Part shown: piece by piece, positions 1 through 10,838 of the stretch
Layout: the number at the start of each line of letters is the position of its first letter
Position numbering within the stretch: the stretch's first letter is position 1
From: Candidatus Nanoarchaeia archaeon
Lineage (GTDB): Archaea; Nanobdellota; Nanobdellia; Woesearchaeales; DATDXC01
NCBI GenBank assembly: GCA_035289425.1
Contig: DATDXC010000032.1
Span: 22,550-86,549, forward strand
Direction: 5' to 3'
Length of the DNA stretch: 64,000 nt
Position numbers and translations under genes: made by a program
Notes under the pieces: generated by a model
What the model was told of the DNA's origin: nothing
Seen by the model: the letters and a program-made list of their open reading frames with translations, nothing else
The model's database searches: none

Positions 1-678
1 GACTGGGACTATATTGAGACTATAATGAGACTATTGTGGGACTATAATAGGACTATGTGTCGTCTATAGATACACTTTATTGGGACTATGTTAGGACTGT
101 CTCAGGATGGTCCTGGAACTATGAACGAAAGGAGGGTCTATGAGATTTGAATGTACCAGAAAACAGCGACCAAGTAAGATTCTGATTTCTTTTCTTGACA
201 TCGTTGGTATATTTTTTATCAAATGATGTTGCATCCAATTCTATACAGTTGAGGGATTGTTGCGGGAGGGACAGATAGATTAAGATATTTTTGCCTAAAA
301 CTAGACTATTATTTTCAATATAGCAATCTAATTATAGATAATTTGAGGTATGTTTTAATTAGTTAAGATTTGCATGATCTACAACATTATTTTCAGTATT
401 GAATCTAATAAAAAATGAGAGTGTTTATTTGATTGTTCTTGATACCTAGGACCGTACATAGATAGATCAATCATATTGAAAATAAATAATAAACATGAAA
501 AGTGAGTGTTTATTCCAGCTGATTTATGATGCTTTAGATTACCTGGAGAGCTTATTCTTCTCAGATATTAGAGTTGTCTATTGTTTTCAGTATTGATAAT
601 AAATAATTCGAGAGTTATTATGAATGAAAAAGTATTTAAGCAAGCCATATTTTTGATGGTTTTGCTAAAAAGTGAGAG

Positions 679-1338
679 TTGATAAGTGACTTTTCAGCTG
701 TTGAAATGAAAGAAATCGGATCTAAATCAGGATTGGCAGTGGTTTTATCGAAGCTCAGTGGTTTTTCCAGCCAAAAAGTGAACCTGGAGCAGTATATGAC
801 TGATTCTGAGATAGCTGCCGCTATAGTGTGGCATTCCTACATGAAAGGGGACATTTCTGGCAGAATCATAGCAGATTTAGGCTCAGGAACAGGCATTCTT
901 GGCATAGGGGCCCTTTTATTAGGGGCAAGCAAGGTTTACTTTGTTGAAAAGGATCCTGATGCAGTTAAAATAGCCAAGGAAAACATGGAATCAATAAAAA
1001 GTGAGTTTTACGTCACTGGTGAAGCTTCATTTATCAATACTGATATCAGCCTATTTAACCAACAAGTGGATGTTATCCTGGAGAATCCGCCTTTTGGAGT
1101 GCAAAATGAGCATTCTGACAGGATTTTTGTCCAGAAAGCTATGCATGTGGCGAATAAGATCTATACCTTACATAAAAGTGAGAGCAAAGCATTCATTGAA
1201 GCAATGTGCAAAGACAATGGATTTATTGTTGAAGAAAAGATTGATGCTCAGTTCCCTTTGAAGGCAAGCTTGCCGTTCCACTCAAAGCGGATGCATCGAT
1301 TTAAGGTTACCTGGTTTGTACTTTCTCGTCGAAAATAG
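679..1338 (+). CDS. class I SAM-dependent methyltransferase (COG2263-like predicted RNA methylase)
   Basis: Contains the GxGxG SAM-binding motif 'DLGSGTGILGIG' and an 'ENPPFG' motif typical of N6-adenine/rRNA methylases. The true start may be an internal Met. Confidence 0.55.
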   Translation: MISDFSAVEMKEIGSKSGLAVVLSKLSGFSSQKVNLEQYMTDSEIAAAIVWHSYMKGDISGRIIADLGSGTGILGIGALLLGASKVYFVEKDPDAVKIAKENMESIKSEFYVTGEASFINTDISLFNQQVDVILENPPFGVQNEHSDRIFVQKAMHVANKIYTLHKSESKAFIEAMCKDNGFIVEEKIDAQFPLKASLPFHSKRMHRFKVTWFVLSRRK

Positions 1339-1384
1339 TTAAGTTTTTAAATGCGCCAGTTTTCCTTATTTAAAAGGTGATTCC

Positions 1385-1660
1385 ATGGAAATTGATATTT
1401 TAGAGGATAAAAAAAATAAGCTCGTCTTTGAGCTGAAAGGGGCTTCTCACACTTTCTGCAACCCGTTGAAGACTGAATTGTGGAATGATGACCATGTCAA
1501 AGTTGCCACCTATTCCATTCGGCATCCGCTGGTAAGCCAGCCAAAGTTCATCATTGAAACAGACGGAGAAGATCCTAAGAAAGTACTTCTGGCAGCGTCC
1601 CAGCGTCTGGAAAAGACCAACGCAAAATTCAAGGAGCTATTCACCAAAGAGATCAAATGA
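1385..1660 (+). CDS. rpoL: DNA-directed RNA polymerase subunit L (Rpb11-like)
   Basis: A 91-aa protein carrying the conserved 'HTFCNPL' and 'RHPL' motifs of archaeal RpoL. Confidence 0.7.
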   Translation: MEIDILEDKKNKLVFELKGASHTFCNPLKTELWNDDHVKVATYSIRHPLVSQPKFIIETDGEDPKKVLLAASQRLEKTNAKFKELFTKEIK

Positions 1661-2250
1661 TCGGTACTGCACAGGCAAAGATTCTTATTGATCTGGCTAG
1701 AGAATCGATACGTGCTGGTTTTTCAAGAAAAAGTCCTAAAGTTTCTGCAACTGTTTCCAAACAATTTTCTGAGCCGAGCGGTGTTTTTGTAACATTGACA
1801 CTTAATGAAGCTCTGAGAGGATGCATTGGCTTCTCAGATGCGCTTTACCCGCTCTATCGTGCAGTCATCGATGCAGCCCAGTCTGCAGCTTTCAAGGATC
1901 CTCGGTTTCCCCCGTTAAGCGAGGAGGAATTTAAGCAGATCACCATAGAAGTATCAATTCTCTCAAAGCCGGTGGTAATTGAAGTCAGGAACCCCGGAGA
2001 TTATTTTCAAAAGATAGTGGTTGGAAGGGATGGTCTTCTGGTCAGGGGGACTTTCTCCAGTGGGCTTCTGCTGCCCCAGGTTGCTGTGGAGCAGAAATGG
2101 AATGCCAAAACATTCCTGGAACAAGCCTGTGTCAAGGCAGGGATGCCTCCTAATGAATACGCCAACTATGATAACTGCAGAGTGTATGCCTTTCAAAGCC
2201 AAGTGTTTTCTGAGCAGAGCCCTTCTGGGCAAATAGTTCAAAAGTTGTAA
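1657..2250 (+). CDS. AMMECR1 domain protein
   Basis: Has the 'LRGCIG' AMMECR1 signature. It overlaps the rpoL stop by 4 nt, suggesting an operon. Confidence 0.7.
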   Translation: MIGTAQAKILIDLARESIRAGFSRKSPKVSATVSKQFSEPSGVFVTLTLNEALRGCIGFSDALYPLYRAVIDAAQSAAFKDPRFPPLSEEEFKQITIEVSILSKPVVIEVRNPGDYFQKIVVGRDGLLVRGTFSSGLLLPQVAVEQKWNAKTFLEQACVKAGMPPNEYANYDNCRVYAFQSQVFSEQSPSGQIVQKL

Positions 2251-2355
2251 TACTATAAAATTTTGGCACTATAGGACTTATTCTTAGTAGAAAGGTATAA
2301 ATATGCCTGGTGCCTACTGTGTAGGATAAGGTATTGCGAGCTAGGTACATTCAAG

Positions 2356-2859
2356 ATGGTGTATATACGAATCAAGAAAATAAAGAAGAAAAGTGGCAAT
2401 TGTTATGAATATGCCTACTTAGTTGAGAACACATGGAAGAAACGGAAGCAAGGAGCACGGCAGAAAGTCAAGGCATTTCTGGGGAGAGTGCATAAGCCAG
2501 TCATAAGCAATGATGTGGATTTTCTACAGCATCATTCTATAATGGATATTAATCAGTATGTTAAGGAGAATGGTTTAGGGAAGATAACCCGGGATTTAAT
2601 TACCTGGGAACTCCACAAACATGATCTTCAGAATGATATCTCTATCGACTTTGAAAACAGAGTGGTAAGGAGATACAAAAATAAGGCTGTTGTCCAGATG
2701 AATGAAGGATTCTTGTGCGACTATACTTTGAAGAAATTGCTTGGATTCAGATTCAAGGATGATGAGAATGCAGGCATAACCCTAGCCAAGGCTTTTGTGG
2801 AAGCCGGCATCAAGATTCCGGAAGAATTGTTCATCAAGGTTTTTGAGAAGATAAGCTAA
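2356..2859 (+). CDS. hypothetical protein
   Basis: A 167-aa ORF with no recognisable motif. Confidence 0.35.
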   Translation: MVYIRIKKIKKKSGNCYEYAYLVENTWKKRKQGARQKVKAFLGRVHKPVISNDVDFLQHHSIMDINQYVKENGLGKITRDLITWELHKHDLQNDISIDFENRVVRRYKNKAVVQMNEGFLCDYTLKKLLGFRFKDDENAGITLAKAFVEAGIKIPEELFIKVFEKIS

Positions 2860-3260
2860 AGCCCCATCCTATCGTCTAGCTTTTCTGCCACTGCCTTAAG
2901 CTTTCTGAAAGACCTGAGCAAGTCTTCTTCTATCTCATCCGTTAATTCGGAAAGATTGTCCACTCTCAATAGGTATCTGTTTCCGTCCCTCAACACTAAA
3001 CCAGAGCCCATTAAAGTATTGATGTGGTGGATGATTGTCCCTCTCGTCAATTTAAGATGGTAGCCCAACTCGTCTGAGGTCAATGGGTGCCTCAGCTTTG
3101 CAGCCTTGAGAAGTTCTATGAAGATCCTAAAACAGGATTTATCCTTGTCCCTCTCGCTAAACAAGCCTAGAGAATGCCCGAACCATTGCAATTCCTGATT
3201 GATGTTTTCTGCGGGCCTTTGTATATTGATGATGGTGATCTTTCTTTTGTAATATCGCAT
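2856..3260 (-). CDS. winged-HTH transcriptional regulator (possible heat-shock regulator, divergent from grpE)
   Basis: Carries a predicted HTH 'LTSDELGYHLKLTRGTIIHHINTLMGSGLV'. It lies immediately upstream of, and divergent from, grpE-dnaK-dnaJ. Confidence 0.45.
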   Translation of the reverse strand: MRYYKRKITIINIQRPAENINQELQWFGHSLGLFSERDKDKSCFRIFIELLKAAKLRHPLTSDELGYHLKLTRGTIIHHINTLMGSGLVLRDGNRYLLRVDNLSELTDEIEEDLLRSFRKLKAVAEKLDDRMGL

Positions 3261-3379
3261 AAATCAATGAAAAGAGCTGAAATATTTAAACTTTTTGATG
3301 AAATGTATATTTCAGGATAGAAATCTTTAAATACTAGTAGATTTTACCATAATTCTGTTGACTTTAAATCAACAATGAA

Positions 3380-3862
3380 ATGGTGGATACAGTGAAGGAA
3401 AACAAAGAACAGAAGAAGAAAGATGACGCAGACGTCAAAATTGCAGAGCTGACTGAGTCTCTCCAAAGATTACAGGCAGAGTTTGAGAATTACAAGAAAT
3501 ATGTGGAAAAGGAAAAGGTAGAATTTACAAGGTACGCCAAAGCAGATATACTGCAGAAACTGCTGCCCCTCTTAGACTCATTTGAGCTATCTCTCCAGCA
3601 TAGGGGGAATAAAGAGGAATTCATCAAGGGAATGGAGATTGTCTATTCCCAATTCCACACCTTATTGGAGAAGGAAGGCCTGAAACCCATCAAAGCAGAA
3701 GGTAAGTTAAATCCCCATCTGCATGAGGTGCTGTTAATGGAACCTTCAGCTAAGGAAGAAGATACCATATTGGCTGAACTGCAAAAAGGATACATGCTTT
3801 ATGATAAGGTTTTACGATATAGCAAGGTGAAAGTAAGCAAAAAGGATGATAAACCTCAGTAA
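3380..3862 (+). CDS. grpE: nucleotide exchange factor GrpE
   Basis: A coiled-coil N-terminus followed by a GrpE-like C-terminal beta domain. Its position upstream of dnaK supports the call. Confidence 0.8.
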   Translation: MVDTVKENKEQKKKDDADVKIAELTESLQRLQAEFENYKKYVEKEKVEFTRYAKADILQKLLPLLDSFELSLQHRGNKEEFIKGMEIVYSQFHTLLEKEGLKPIKAEGKLNPHLHEVLLMEPSAKEEDTILAELQKGYMLYDKVLRYSKVKVSKKDDKPQ

Positions 3863-4361
3863 AGATACACCACTTAAGGATGTGATGAAGTTGGCACATC
3901 CATGTGGCTGTAATGCATGTACCATAGGGTGCAAGCTGGGGAGCGGAATATTAGCGGATGAGGATCTTGCAAAGATCGCCCATTTTTTGGGAAAAACAAA
4001 AGAGGAAACCAAAAAAGAGTTTTTAGAGGAAGTAGAGAGATTCAACACAAAACGGTTCAGGCCTAAGGTGTTAGGCAAGCCGTATGGACAGTGCATCTTT
4101 TTTGATGGAAAAGAATGCAAGATACACGAAGTCAAGCCGTTGGAATGCGAGATTTCAATGGGATGCGAGGAGTATGGCGAGCAGTTAAGCATATGGTTCA
4201 TGCTCAATCATTTTGTGAACAAAAATGACCCTGAATCGATCCGTCAATATGATGCGTATCTGAGGTCAGGAGGCAAGACATTGCCCGGAGGCACGCTTGC
4301 GGATCTGGTGCCAAATGCAGAGCAATTGAAGAAAATCTTGAAATTTGAGATTTTAAGATAA
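3846..4361 (+). CDS. Cys-rich hypothetical protein (YkgJ-like zinc/iron-chelating domain?)
   Basis: Multiple CxxC-like Cys clusters, for example 'HPCGCNACTIGC'. Confidence 0.35.
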   Translation: MINLSKDTPLKDVMKLAHPCGCNACTIGCKLGSGILADEDLAKIAHFLGKTKEETKKEFLEEVERFNTKRFRPKVLGKPYGQCIFFDGKECKIHEVKPLECEISMGCEEYGEQLSIWFMLNHFVNKNDPESIRQYDAYLRSGGKTLPGGTLADLVPNAEQLKKILKFEILR

Positions 4362-4372
4362 AAGGTGAAAAA

Positions 4373-4723
4373 ATGACTGAAAAAAAGATAAATTTTGGGA
4401 TTGAGGATGGAGATGCCTTTTTTGCGCATGAGGTAAGCGTCAATTTCAATCCCACGCAGATGGTATTGGACTTCAAGAGCATTACTCCTCGAGTTGATCC
4501 GCGAAGCAATGAGGGAACAGTGATCCACATCAAGCATAATGTAATATTGCTGGATGTGTACCATGCCAAGAAGTTTTCAGAATTCCTGAATAAGAGGGTT
4601 GCTGATTATGAAAAAGATTTTGGTAAGATTGAAAAGCCGGAATCTGTCAAACAATACGAGAAAAAAAGGAAAAAAGAGGACAAGACCAAGGAGATTGTGA
4701 AAGTCCCTGAATATTTTGGATAA
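4373..4723 (+). CDS. hypothetical protein (DUF3467-like)
   Basis: A 116-aa ORF between grpE and dnaK. Its 'FFAHEVSVNFNPTQMVLDF' pattern resembles DUF3467. Confidence 0.4.
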   Translation: MTEKKINFGIEDGDAFFAHEVSVNFNPTQMVLDFKSITPRVDPRSNEGTVIHIKHNVILLDVYHAKKFSEFLNKRVADYEKDFGKIEKPESVKQYEKKRKKEDKTKEIVKVPEYFG

Positions 4724-4738
4724 ACAAGGTGAGATACT

Positions 4739-6631
4739 ATGGCTGAAAAAACTAAGAAAGAAAAGATAATCGGAATTGATTTAGGAACATCGAATAGCGC
4801 TTGTGCTGTTCTCCAGGCAGGCAAACCTACTATTGTACCCAGCGCAGAAGGCACTTCCCAATATGGGAAGGCATTTCCTTCGGTGGTAGCCATCACCAAA
4901 GATGGCCAGATGCTCGTGGGAGAGCCGGCAAGAAGACAGGCTGTCTCAAACCCCAGAGGAACAATCATGGCTGCCAAAAGAAAGATGGGCACCAGCTTCA
5001 AGTACAAGATAAACGAAAAAGAGTTTACGCCTCAGCAGATCTCTGCCTTTATCCTGCAGAAGATAAAGAAGGACGCAGAGGAATTCATCGGAGAGCCGGT
5101 GAGGAGAGCGGTCATCACTGTTCCTGCCTATTTTGATGATGACCAGAGGCAGGCTACGAAAGATGCCGGAACGATTGCTGGACTGGATGTCGTGAGAATT
5201 GTAAATGAACCAACCGCTGCCTGCCTTGCCTATGGTCTGGACAAAGCAGACAAACAGATGAAGATCCTGGTATTTGACTTTGGCGGCGGTACATTGGATG
5301 TAACGGTCATGGATTTTGGCGACGGCGTATTTGAAGTCAAATCAACCTCAGGAGACACCCAGCTTGGCGGAACTGATATGGATGATACATTGATGAAGCA
5401 CATTGTTGCTGATTTCAAGAAGAAAGAAGGTGTTGATTTAAGCGAAGATGACACTGCTATGCAGCGATTGAGGGAAGCAGCTGAAAAGGCAAAGATCGAA
5501 TTAAGCACAACTGCGGAAACAGACATCAATCTTCCTTTCCTAACCCAAAAGGATGGCACTCCAGTCCATCTTAAGATGACGTTGACAAAGGCAAAGCTTG
5601 AACAGCTGGTAGAGCCATTGATACAGAGATGCAAGAAGCCATTGGAGCAGGCACTTTCAGATGCAAAGTTAAGGCCTTCTGACATCAATAAGATCATCTT
5701 AGTGGGGGGTCCTACGAGGATGCCTATAGCCAGGAAGTTTGTCGAGGATTTTGTTGGCAAGAAGGCAGAAAGAGGGATTGACCCTATGGAATGCGTTGCT
5801 CAAGGTGCTGCTGTCCAGGCTGGTGTCCTGGCTGGTGAGGTAAAAGACATCCTGCTTTTGGATGTTACTCCATTGACTTTGGGTATAGAGACTTTAGGCG
5901 GGGTCAGGACAGAGCTGATTTCAAGGAATACCACTGTCCCCACCAAGAAGAGCCAGATTTTCTCAACAGCCTCAGACAATCAGCCTGCGGTAAATATCAA
6001 TGTGCTTCAGGGAGAAAGGCCGATGGCTGCAGACAACAAATCATTGGGAAGATTTGATCTGATGGGCATACCGCCTGCACCTAAAGGGATACCTCAGATC
6101 GAGGTTACTTTTGACATCGATGCCAATGGAATCTTGCATGTATCTGCCAAGGATTTGGGCACGGGGAAGGAGCAGAAGATACAGATAACTGCTGCCCAGA
6201 AGCTCAGCGAAGATGAGATTGAGAAGATGAAGAAGGATGCTGAGATACATGCAGATGAGGACAAGAAGCGCAAGGAAAAGGCAGACACGCTCAATGAGGC
6301 AGAAGGCATTGTTACCCAGTATGAAAAGACACTCAAGGAATTAGGCGACAAAGTAGACAAGAAGCAGGTAGAACCTATCCAGAGAGACATCGAAAACCTC
6401 AAGGAACTGCTCAAGGACAGGGATAAGAACTATGAGATTATCAAGAAAGCAAAGGATGACCTCATACAGAAATTCCAGAAGGTCTCTGAAGAGCTTTACC
6501 GGAAAGTAGCTGAGGAACAAGCAAAGAAGCAGGGTTCTGACTCTAAGGGATTTTCAAAGAGATCAAACGAAGATGATGAAGATGTAGTAGATGCTGACTA
6601 TGAAGTTCAGGATGACAAGAAGAAAAAATAA
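4739..6631 (+). CDS. dnaK: molecular chaperone DnaK (Hsp70)
   Basis: Carries the '[14 protein letters not shown]', 'DLGGGTLDV' and '[11 protein letters not shown]' Hsp70 signatures across its full length. Confidence 0.95.
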   Translation: MAEKTKKEKIIGIDLGTSNSACAVLQAGKPTIVPSAEGTSQYGKAFPSVVAITKDGQMLVGEPARRQAVSNPRGTIMAAKRKMGTSFKYKINEKEFTPQQISAFILQKIKKDAEEFIGEPVRRAVITVPAYFDDDQRQATKDAGTIAGLDVVRIVNEPTAACLAYGLDKADKQMKILVFDFGGGTLDVTVMDFGDGVFEVKSTSGDTQLGGTDMDDTLMKHIVADFKKKEGVDLSEDDTAMQRLREAAEKAKIELSTTAETDINLPFLTQKDGTPVHLKMTLTKAKLEQLVEPLIQRCKKPLEQALSDAKLRPSDINKIILVGGPTRMPIARKFVEDFVGKKAERGIDPMECVAQGAAVQAGVLAGEVKDILLLDVTPLTLGIETLGGVRTELISRNTTVPTKKSQIFSTASDNQPAVNINVLQGERPMAADNKSLGRFDLMGIPPAPKGIPQIEVTFDIDANGILHVSAKDLGTGKEQKIQITAAQKLSEDEIEKMKKDAEIHADEDKKRKEKADTLNEAEGIVTQYEKTLKELGDKVDKKQVEPIQRDIENLKELLKDRDKNYEIIKKAKDDLIQKFQKVSEELYRKVAEEQAKKQGSDSKGFSKRSNEDDEDVVDADYEVQDDKKKK

Positions 6632-6664
6632 AGCTATATAAAGGAACGCCCATTTGGGCTCACG

Positions 6665-7765
6665 ATGGATAAGGACTACTACAAGATCCTTGGGGTTGAT
6701 AAGAATGCAACCAAAGAGGATGTCAAGGCTGCCTACAAGAGGTTAGCAAAGAAGTATCATCCTGATGTCAGCAGCGATGCTGATGCTACTGAAAAGTTCA
6801 AAGAGATCAACGAAGCTGCTGCTGTTTTAGGCGATGATGAGAAAAGAGCCAAGTATGACCAGTTTGGCAGCACCTATGAACAATTCTCTGGTGGCAGAGG
6901 ATTTGATTTCTCTGATTTTGGCGGTTTTTCAGGCATGTTTGATTTTGGAGACATATTTGACCAGTTTTTTGGCTCTGGGGTCAACAGTGGCAGGAGAAGG
7001 AAGGCCAGGCGGGGCGCTGATTTACGGTATGACCTTGAGATTACGCTAGAAGAAGCTGCGGAAGGTGTTAAGAAGACAATTGCTATTCCGCGATTGGAAC
7101 GATGTGATGATTGCAATGGAAGCGGCGCAAAGTCTGATTCTGATATAGTGGATTGTCCTAATTGCAATGGGACTGGCATCATGAGGAAAACACAAAGGAC
7201 TCCTTTTGGTATTTTTTCCACGCAAAGCACCTGCCGGAAATGCCATGGTGAGGGCAGATTTGCGAAAGAGGAATGCAAGAGATGTGATGGTACTGGTGTA
7301 GTAAAGAATACCCGAAAAATCCAGGTTGCAATTCCTGCTGGAGCTGAGGAAGGGACTAACCTCCGGGTTTCTGGAGAAGGAGAAGCTGCTGAGAAAAGCG
7401 GCGAGACTGGGGACCTATTCATCGTAATCCATGTAAAGGAACATGAGTTATTTGAGCGGCAAGGAGATGATATATTTGTCAAGGTTGATATACCCTTTAC
7501 GACAGCTGCTTTAGGAGGAGAAGTTGAGGTGCCTACATTAAGCGGAAAAGCTAAATTAAAGATTGCTGCGGGAACCCAAAGCGGCACTGTCCTTAAGATG
7601 CACGGCTTGGGAATCTCTTACCTGCATGGGGATGGCAAGGGAGATGAATTAGTAAAGGTTGAAGTGGAAGTTCCACGGAAATTAACATCCAAACAGAGGA
7701 AGATTCTGGAGGATTTTGAGAAGGAAAGCAGCAAGAAAGGATTTCTGAAGAGTGTGTTTGAATAG
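6665..7765 (+). CDS. dnaJ: molecular chaperone DnaJ
   Basis: Has a J-domain with the HPD motif ('KYHPDV'), a G/F-rich region, and four CxxCxGxG zinc-finger repeats. Confidence 0.9.
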   Translation: MDKDYYKILGVDKNATKEDVKAAYKRLAKKYHPDVSSDADATEKFKEINEAAAVLGDDEKRAKYDQFGSTYEQFSGGRGFDFSDFGGFSGMFDFGDIFDQFFGSGVNSGRRRKARRGADLRYDLEITLEEAAEGVKKTIAIPRLERCDDCNGSGAKSDSDIVDCPNCNGTGIMRKTQRTPFGIFSTQSTCRKCHGEGRFAKEECKRCDGTGVVKNTRKIQVAIPAGAEEGTNLRVSGEGEAAEKSGETGDLFIVIHVKEHELFERQGDDIFVKVDIPFTTAALGGEVEVPTLSGKAKLKIAAGTQSGTVLKMHGLGISYLHGDGKGDELVKVEVEVPRKLTSKQRKILEDFEKESSKKGFLKSVFE

Positions 7766-7865
7766 TCACCACCTTGTTACTAAAAAAGTTGTAATTGTAT
7801 TATATATATTATTTAACAATAGTATTTAAAAGGATATTATAGATTCTATAGTTTTTAATATATTA

Positions 7866-10070
7866 ATGGGGGTAGATATTATGAAGAAGATATTAGGCTT
7901 AGGGGTATTGTGTGTTTTAATAATAAGTGCTATTGCGGTTAGTGTTTCGGCGGCGAAACCTGCACCAGCTGTTTATGTTATTAATGAAGCAATAAAAACT
8001 TCAGATGATTTAATAGAAAGACCCGGTAATATTGTTTTGAATGATGAGGAGATTGTGTCGTCTGTTTTTGTACGAAACCCCGTCTTGTTGAAGGGCGTTA
8101 GGACATTTGTTGTTTACCGAGGAGAAGGTTTTCAGGGAAATGTAGAATGCACTCTAGATAAAGGAAATAAAAATCTGCCAAAGGATTATAAACGGGAATT
8201 GAAAAGGTTTCAATTGCGTACTGATGGTTGGTTTGATTGTATTTTGCCTATCACAGAGGATATGCACGGTACTCTATCTTTAACATATTACGCTATCAAT
8301 AAGCGGTACGGATGGGGTCAAGACACCGGATTGAGTTTCTTTGCAAACCCTCATCTTGAATTAGGCATCCAAGGAGACCTTAGTTTTGACAATGTACAAG
8401 CAGGCTCTGTTGCATATTCTAATCCAATCCTATTGAATAATAAAGCAGAAACAGGATCCGGAGCAGTGTATGATCTTTATGTTTCTGGTACTGACTTTAC
8501 TGATATCGAAAGCAGAAGTGCAAAATGTCCTGTAGCTAATCATTTGAAGTTAAGTCAGGATTTGAGATATAATTTAGGAGAGGGTGCTGAGTCAGGACAA
8601 ACTTATACTACTGCTTGTGATATTGACAGTTGGATTAATGGTCAAGAGGGAGAAGACAATCATGACCATTTCTGCTATTATGCAGTTAATGGGCCTTATT
8701 TTACTCCAAAGTCTCCAAATAGCGATGCAGAAGGGTATAAACCTATTGTATATGGGACTGAGATCAGCAAGGATTTTAAGAATGATGCAGAGATTCTAAA
8801 CGATGATGGGAATAAGCTTGGTGTTGGCCAGGAGATGGCCTTGACATTTAAATTGGGATTGCCAGAGCCTTGTAGTGGTGATTTTAATGTAGGGCAGATC
8901 AAGTTCTGGGCTGCGCTTGCTGATAATAGAAGTGAGGTAAGTGATGTTGTTATTTCGACTTCAACAACACCTGCAATAATTCCTGATGAACATAAACCTG
9001 AGATATGGAAGTGTGATAGCAGGATTATTGCTGATGATATTGTTTACGAAGGAAGAGGAAATGAACCTCCTGAAAGGATGAACAACTATGCATTTGAAGG
9101 TGAAAAGGTGGTCCTAGATTACTTGGTCTTTGACAGAAATGGGATTGAAGAGATCCAGGATGTATTTGTTACATTCGGATCAAATTTAGGTGCGGGTAAC
9201 GACATCGAGGTTAATTGCGTAGAATCATCTGGTCCAAGTACCATTCCGGTTAGCTGCAATGCACGTATTGGTGAAGAACCTATTACCGAATTTAATAAGG
9301 ACACAATGGCATACGATACATGTGTGCTTACTGTAGAGACTCCTGATTCAATGCATGGTGAGTATTATTCTATTGGTAAGGTTATAAGTGTAGATGGTTA
9401 TACTCAGGAAGAAGATTTAGAATATTACTTCTTTAATCCTGAAGTAAAGCTTGATGTTGAGGGAGACCTATCTTTTGACAACATAATACCTGGCGAAGTA
9501 GCTTACTCTGAGGTTATAACCGTAAAAAATGGCGCGGAGCAAGGTTCTGGAGTCTTGCAGGAAGTGTTCATCAGTGGAACAGATTTCTATGATGCAACAA
9601 ACTCTGGTGCAAGATGTCCTGAATATAACCATCTTAAATTGAGCCAGGATGTGAGAAGTACTACATTGTTAGGACCTGAACTGGAATCCGGACCCTCAAC
9701 AACTACTGTATGCGATATTGAATCATGGATACATGACCCTGTTGAAGTGAGCAAGGATAACCATGATCACTTCTGTTATTATGCAGTAAGTGGAGCATAC
9801 GACACTGCTAACGGAGATGGTGTTGATGATAATGCAGATAATGAAGGGTATAGGCCGATTGTCTATGGCAATGTGTTTACCCGAGATTTTTACAATGATG
9901 CAGAAATCATAAGCAATGATCTTCTAACAATTGGTAGTACCGATTATGATGCAGGCAACGTGTTGCCCCCTGAAGGAAAAATGGACATAAAATTCAAGTT
10001 TGGTGTTCCAGATCCTTGTATGGGAGATTTCTCCACAGGAGAAATATTCTTTTGGGGACAGCCTATTTAA
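7866..10070 (+). CDS. secreted/surface protein with internal tandem domain duplication
   Basis: Has an N-terminal signal/TM segment. Two ~200-aa internal repeats are found at aa ~163-355 and ~525-734. They share the 'GDLSFDN', 'SGTDF', 'ARCP', 'NHLKLSQD' and 'NHDHFCYYAV' motifs. Confidence 0.6.
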   Translation: MGVDIMKKILGLGVLCVLIISAIAVSVSAAKPAPAVYVINEAIKTSDDLIERPGNIVLNDEEIVSSVFVRNPVLLKGVRTFVVYRGEGFQGNVECTLDKGNKNLPKDYKRELKRFQLRTDGWFDCILPITEDMHGTLSLTYYAINKRYGWGQDTGLSFFANPHLELGIQGDLSFDNVQAGSVAYSNPILLNNKAETGSGAVYDLYVSGTDFTDIESRSAKCPVANHLKLSQDLRYNLGEGAESGQTYTTACDIDSWINGQEGEDNHDHFCYYAVNGPYFTPKSPNSDAEGYKPIVYGTEISKDFKNDAEILNDDGNKLGVGQEMALTFKLGLPEPCSGDFNVGQIKFWAALADNRSEVSDVVISTSTTPAIIPDEHKPEIWKCDSRIIADDIVYEGRGNEPPERMNNYAFEGEKVVLDYLVFDRNGIEEIQDVFVTFGSNLGAGNDIEVNCVESSGPSTIPVSCNARIGEEPITEFNKDTMAYDTCVLTVETPDSMHGEYYSIGKVISVDGYTQEEDLEYYFFNPEVKLDVEGDLSFDNIIPGEVAYSEVITVKNGAEQGSGVLQEVFISGTDFYDATNSGARCPEYNHLKLSQDVRSTTLLGPELESGPSTTTVCDIESWIHDPVEVSKDNHDHFCYYAVSGAYDTANGDGVDDNADNEGYRPIVYGNVFTRDFYNDAEIISNDLLTIGSTDYDAGNVLPPEGKMDIKFKFGVPDPCMGDFSTGEIFFWGQPI

Positions 10071-10088
10071 AAATTGGAGGTATGAAAA

Positions 10089-10538
10089 ATGGTAAGTATT
10101 GGAGTAGGATTTGGAAATGTTCAAAGTGGGACAAACGGTATAGGATATCATAATACTAACTTAGGCGGTACACATCGGATTGATATGGTGGGGAGTGTAC
10201 CCTGGTCAAATGTTGCCTCTGTTGCTCGACAACTGGCAGATCAGTATAAGACCCCTATGGGTCCTGATGCCGAGGTTAGAGCTACCATTGTTCCATCCCT
10301 AGGCAGTCTTGAGATACAAGTATATAACAATCCGGATGCAATGACCGTAGTAGATATGGGCAGATTTGAGCAGACAGGTGAACTGGCAGAATCCAGAGCA
10401 GGAATGGCATATAATAATGGTATAAATACTGGAAGAATGCAAGGTGGAGCTGTAAGTGCTGGGCTTTTGCTGGCCATAACAACATTGATACTAAGAGATA
10501 GATACTTCCCAAACCTCAGATTAGGCCGAAAAAGATAA
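10089..10538 (+). CDS. hypothetical protein with C-terminal TM anchor
   Basis: A Gly/Asn-rich 149-aa ORF. Its C-terminal hydrophobic segment is followed by a basic tail ('LLLAITTLILRDRYFPNLRLGRKR'). Confidence 0.4.
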   Translation: MVSIGVGFGNVQSGTNGIGYHNTNLGGTHRIDMVGSVPWSNVASVARQLADQYKTPMGPDAEVRATIVPSLGSLEIQVYNNPDAMTVVDMGRFEQTGELAESRAGMAYNNGINTGRMQGGAVSAGLLLAITTLILRDRYFPNLRLGRKR

Positions 10539-10586
10539 GCCTAATCATTAGAAACCTTAATAAACAAGGTTCCTTTTTCTTATTTT

Positions 10587-10838
10587 ATGCACATCCGTGA
10601 TTTTACCAAAATGAACAAGGAATTACTGCCCAAGACTGATTTTCAATTTAGAGTTCCCCAGCTGAAAAACTTTGATTATGGGTTTGAAGTGGCAAGGGAT
10701 TTTGATTTTCTGAAGCCGCAGATGAATATTATCACTTTCTTTGATCAGGTTAAAGCAGATTGGAGAGAAATCGAAAGATTTGAATTCAAGCATATGGATA
10801 TTGAGAAAACGTTCAATAACCTGATTAGGAAGATCTAG
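10587..10838 (+). CDS. hypothetical protein
   Basis: An 83-aa ORF with no recognisable motif. Confidence 0.3.
   Translation: MHIRDFTKMNKELLPKTDFQFRVPQLKNFDYGFEVARDFDFLKPQMNIITFFDQVKADWREIERFEFKHMDIEKTFNNLIRKI

Noticed and set aside
1-130. The GACTAT repeat array considered as a CRISPR array.
   Set aside because: The repeat units are only ~8 nt with no unique spacers of 25-40 nt and no cas genes nearby.
1001-1261. Internal or antisense ORFs from the six-frame track that overlap confidently called genes. Examples are 1001-1261, 1963-2241, 4801-5136, 5230-5760, 6874-7587, the many minus-strand ORFs inside smc at 37918-40479, 47141-48377 inside the large hydrolase gene, and 49406-50296 inside the DHH gene.
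   Set aside because: They are embedded in, or antisense to, long ORFs with clear conserved motifs and have no motifs of their own. They are typical spurious frames.
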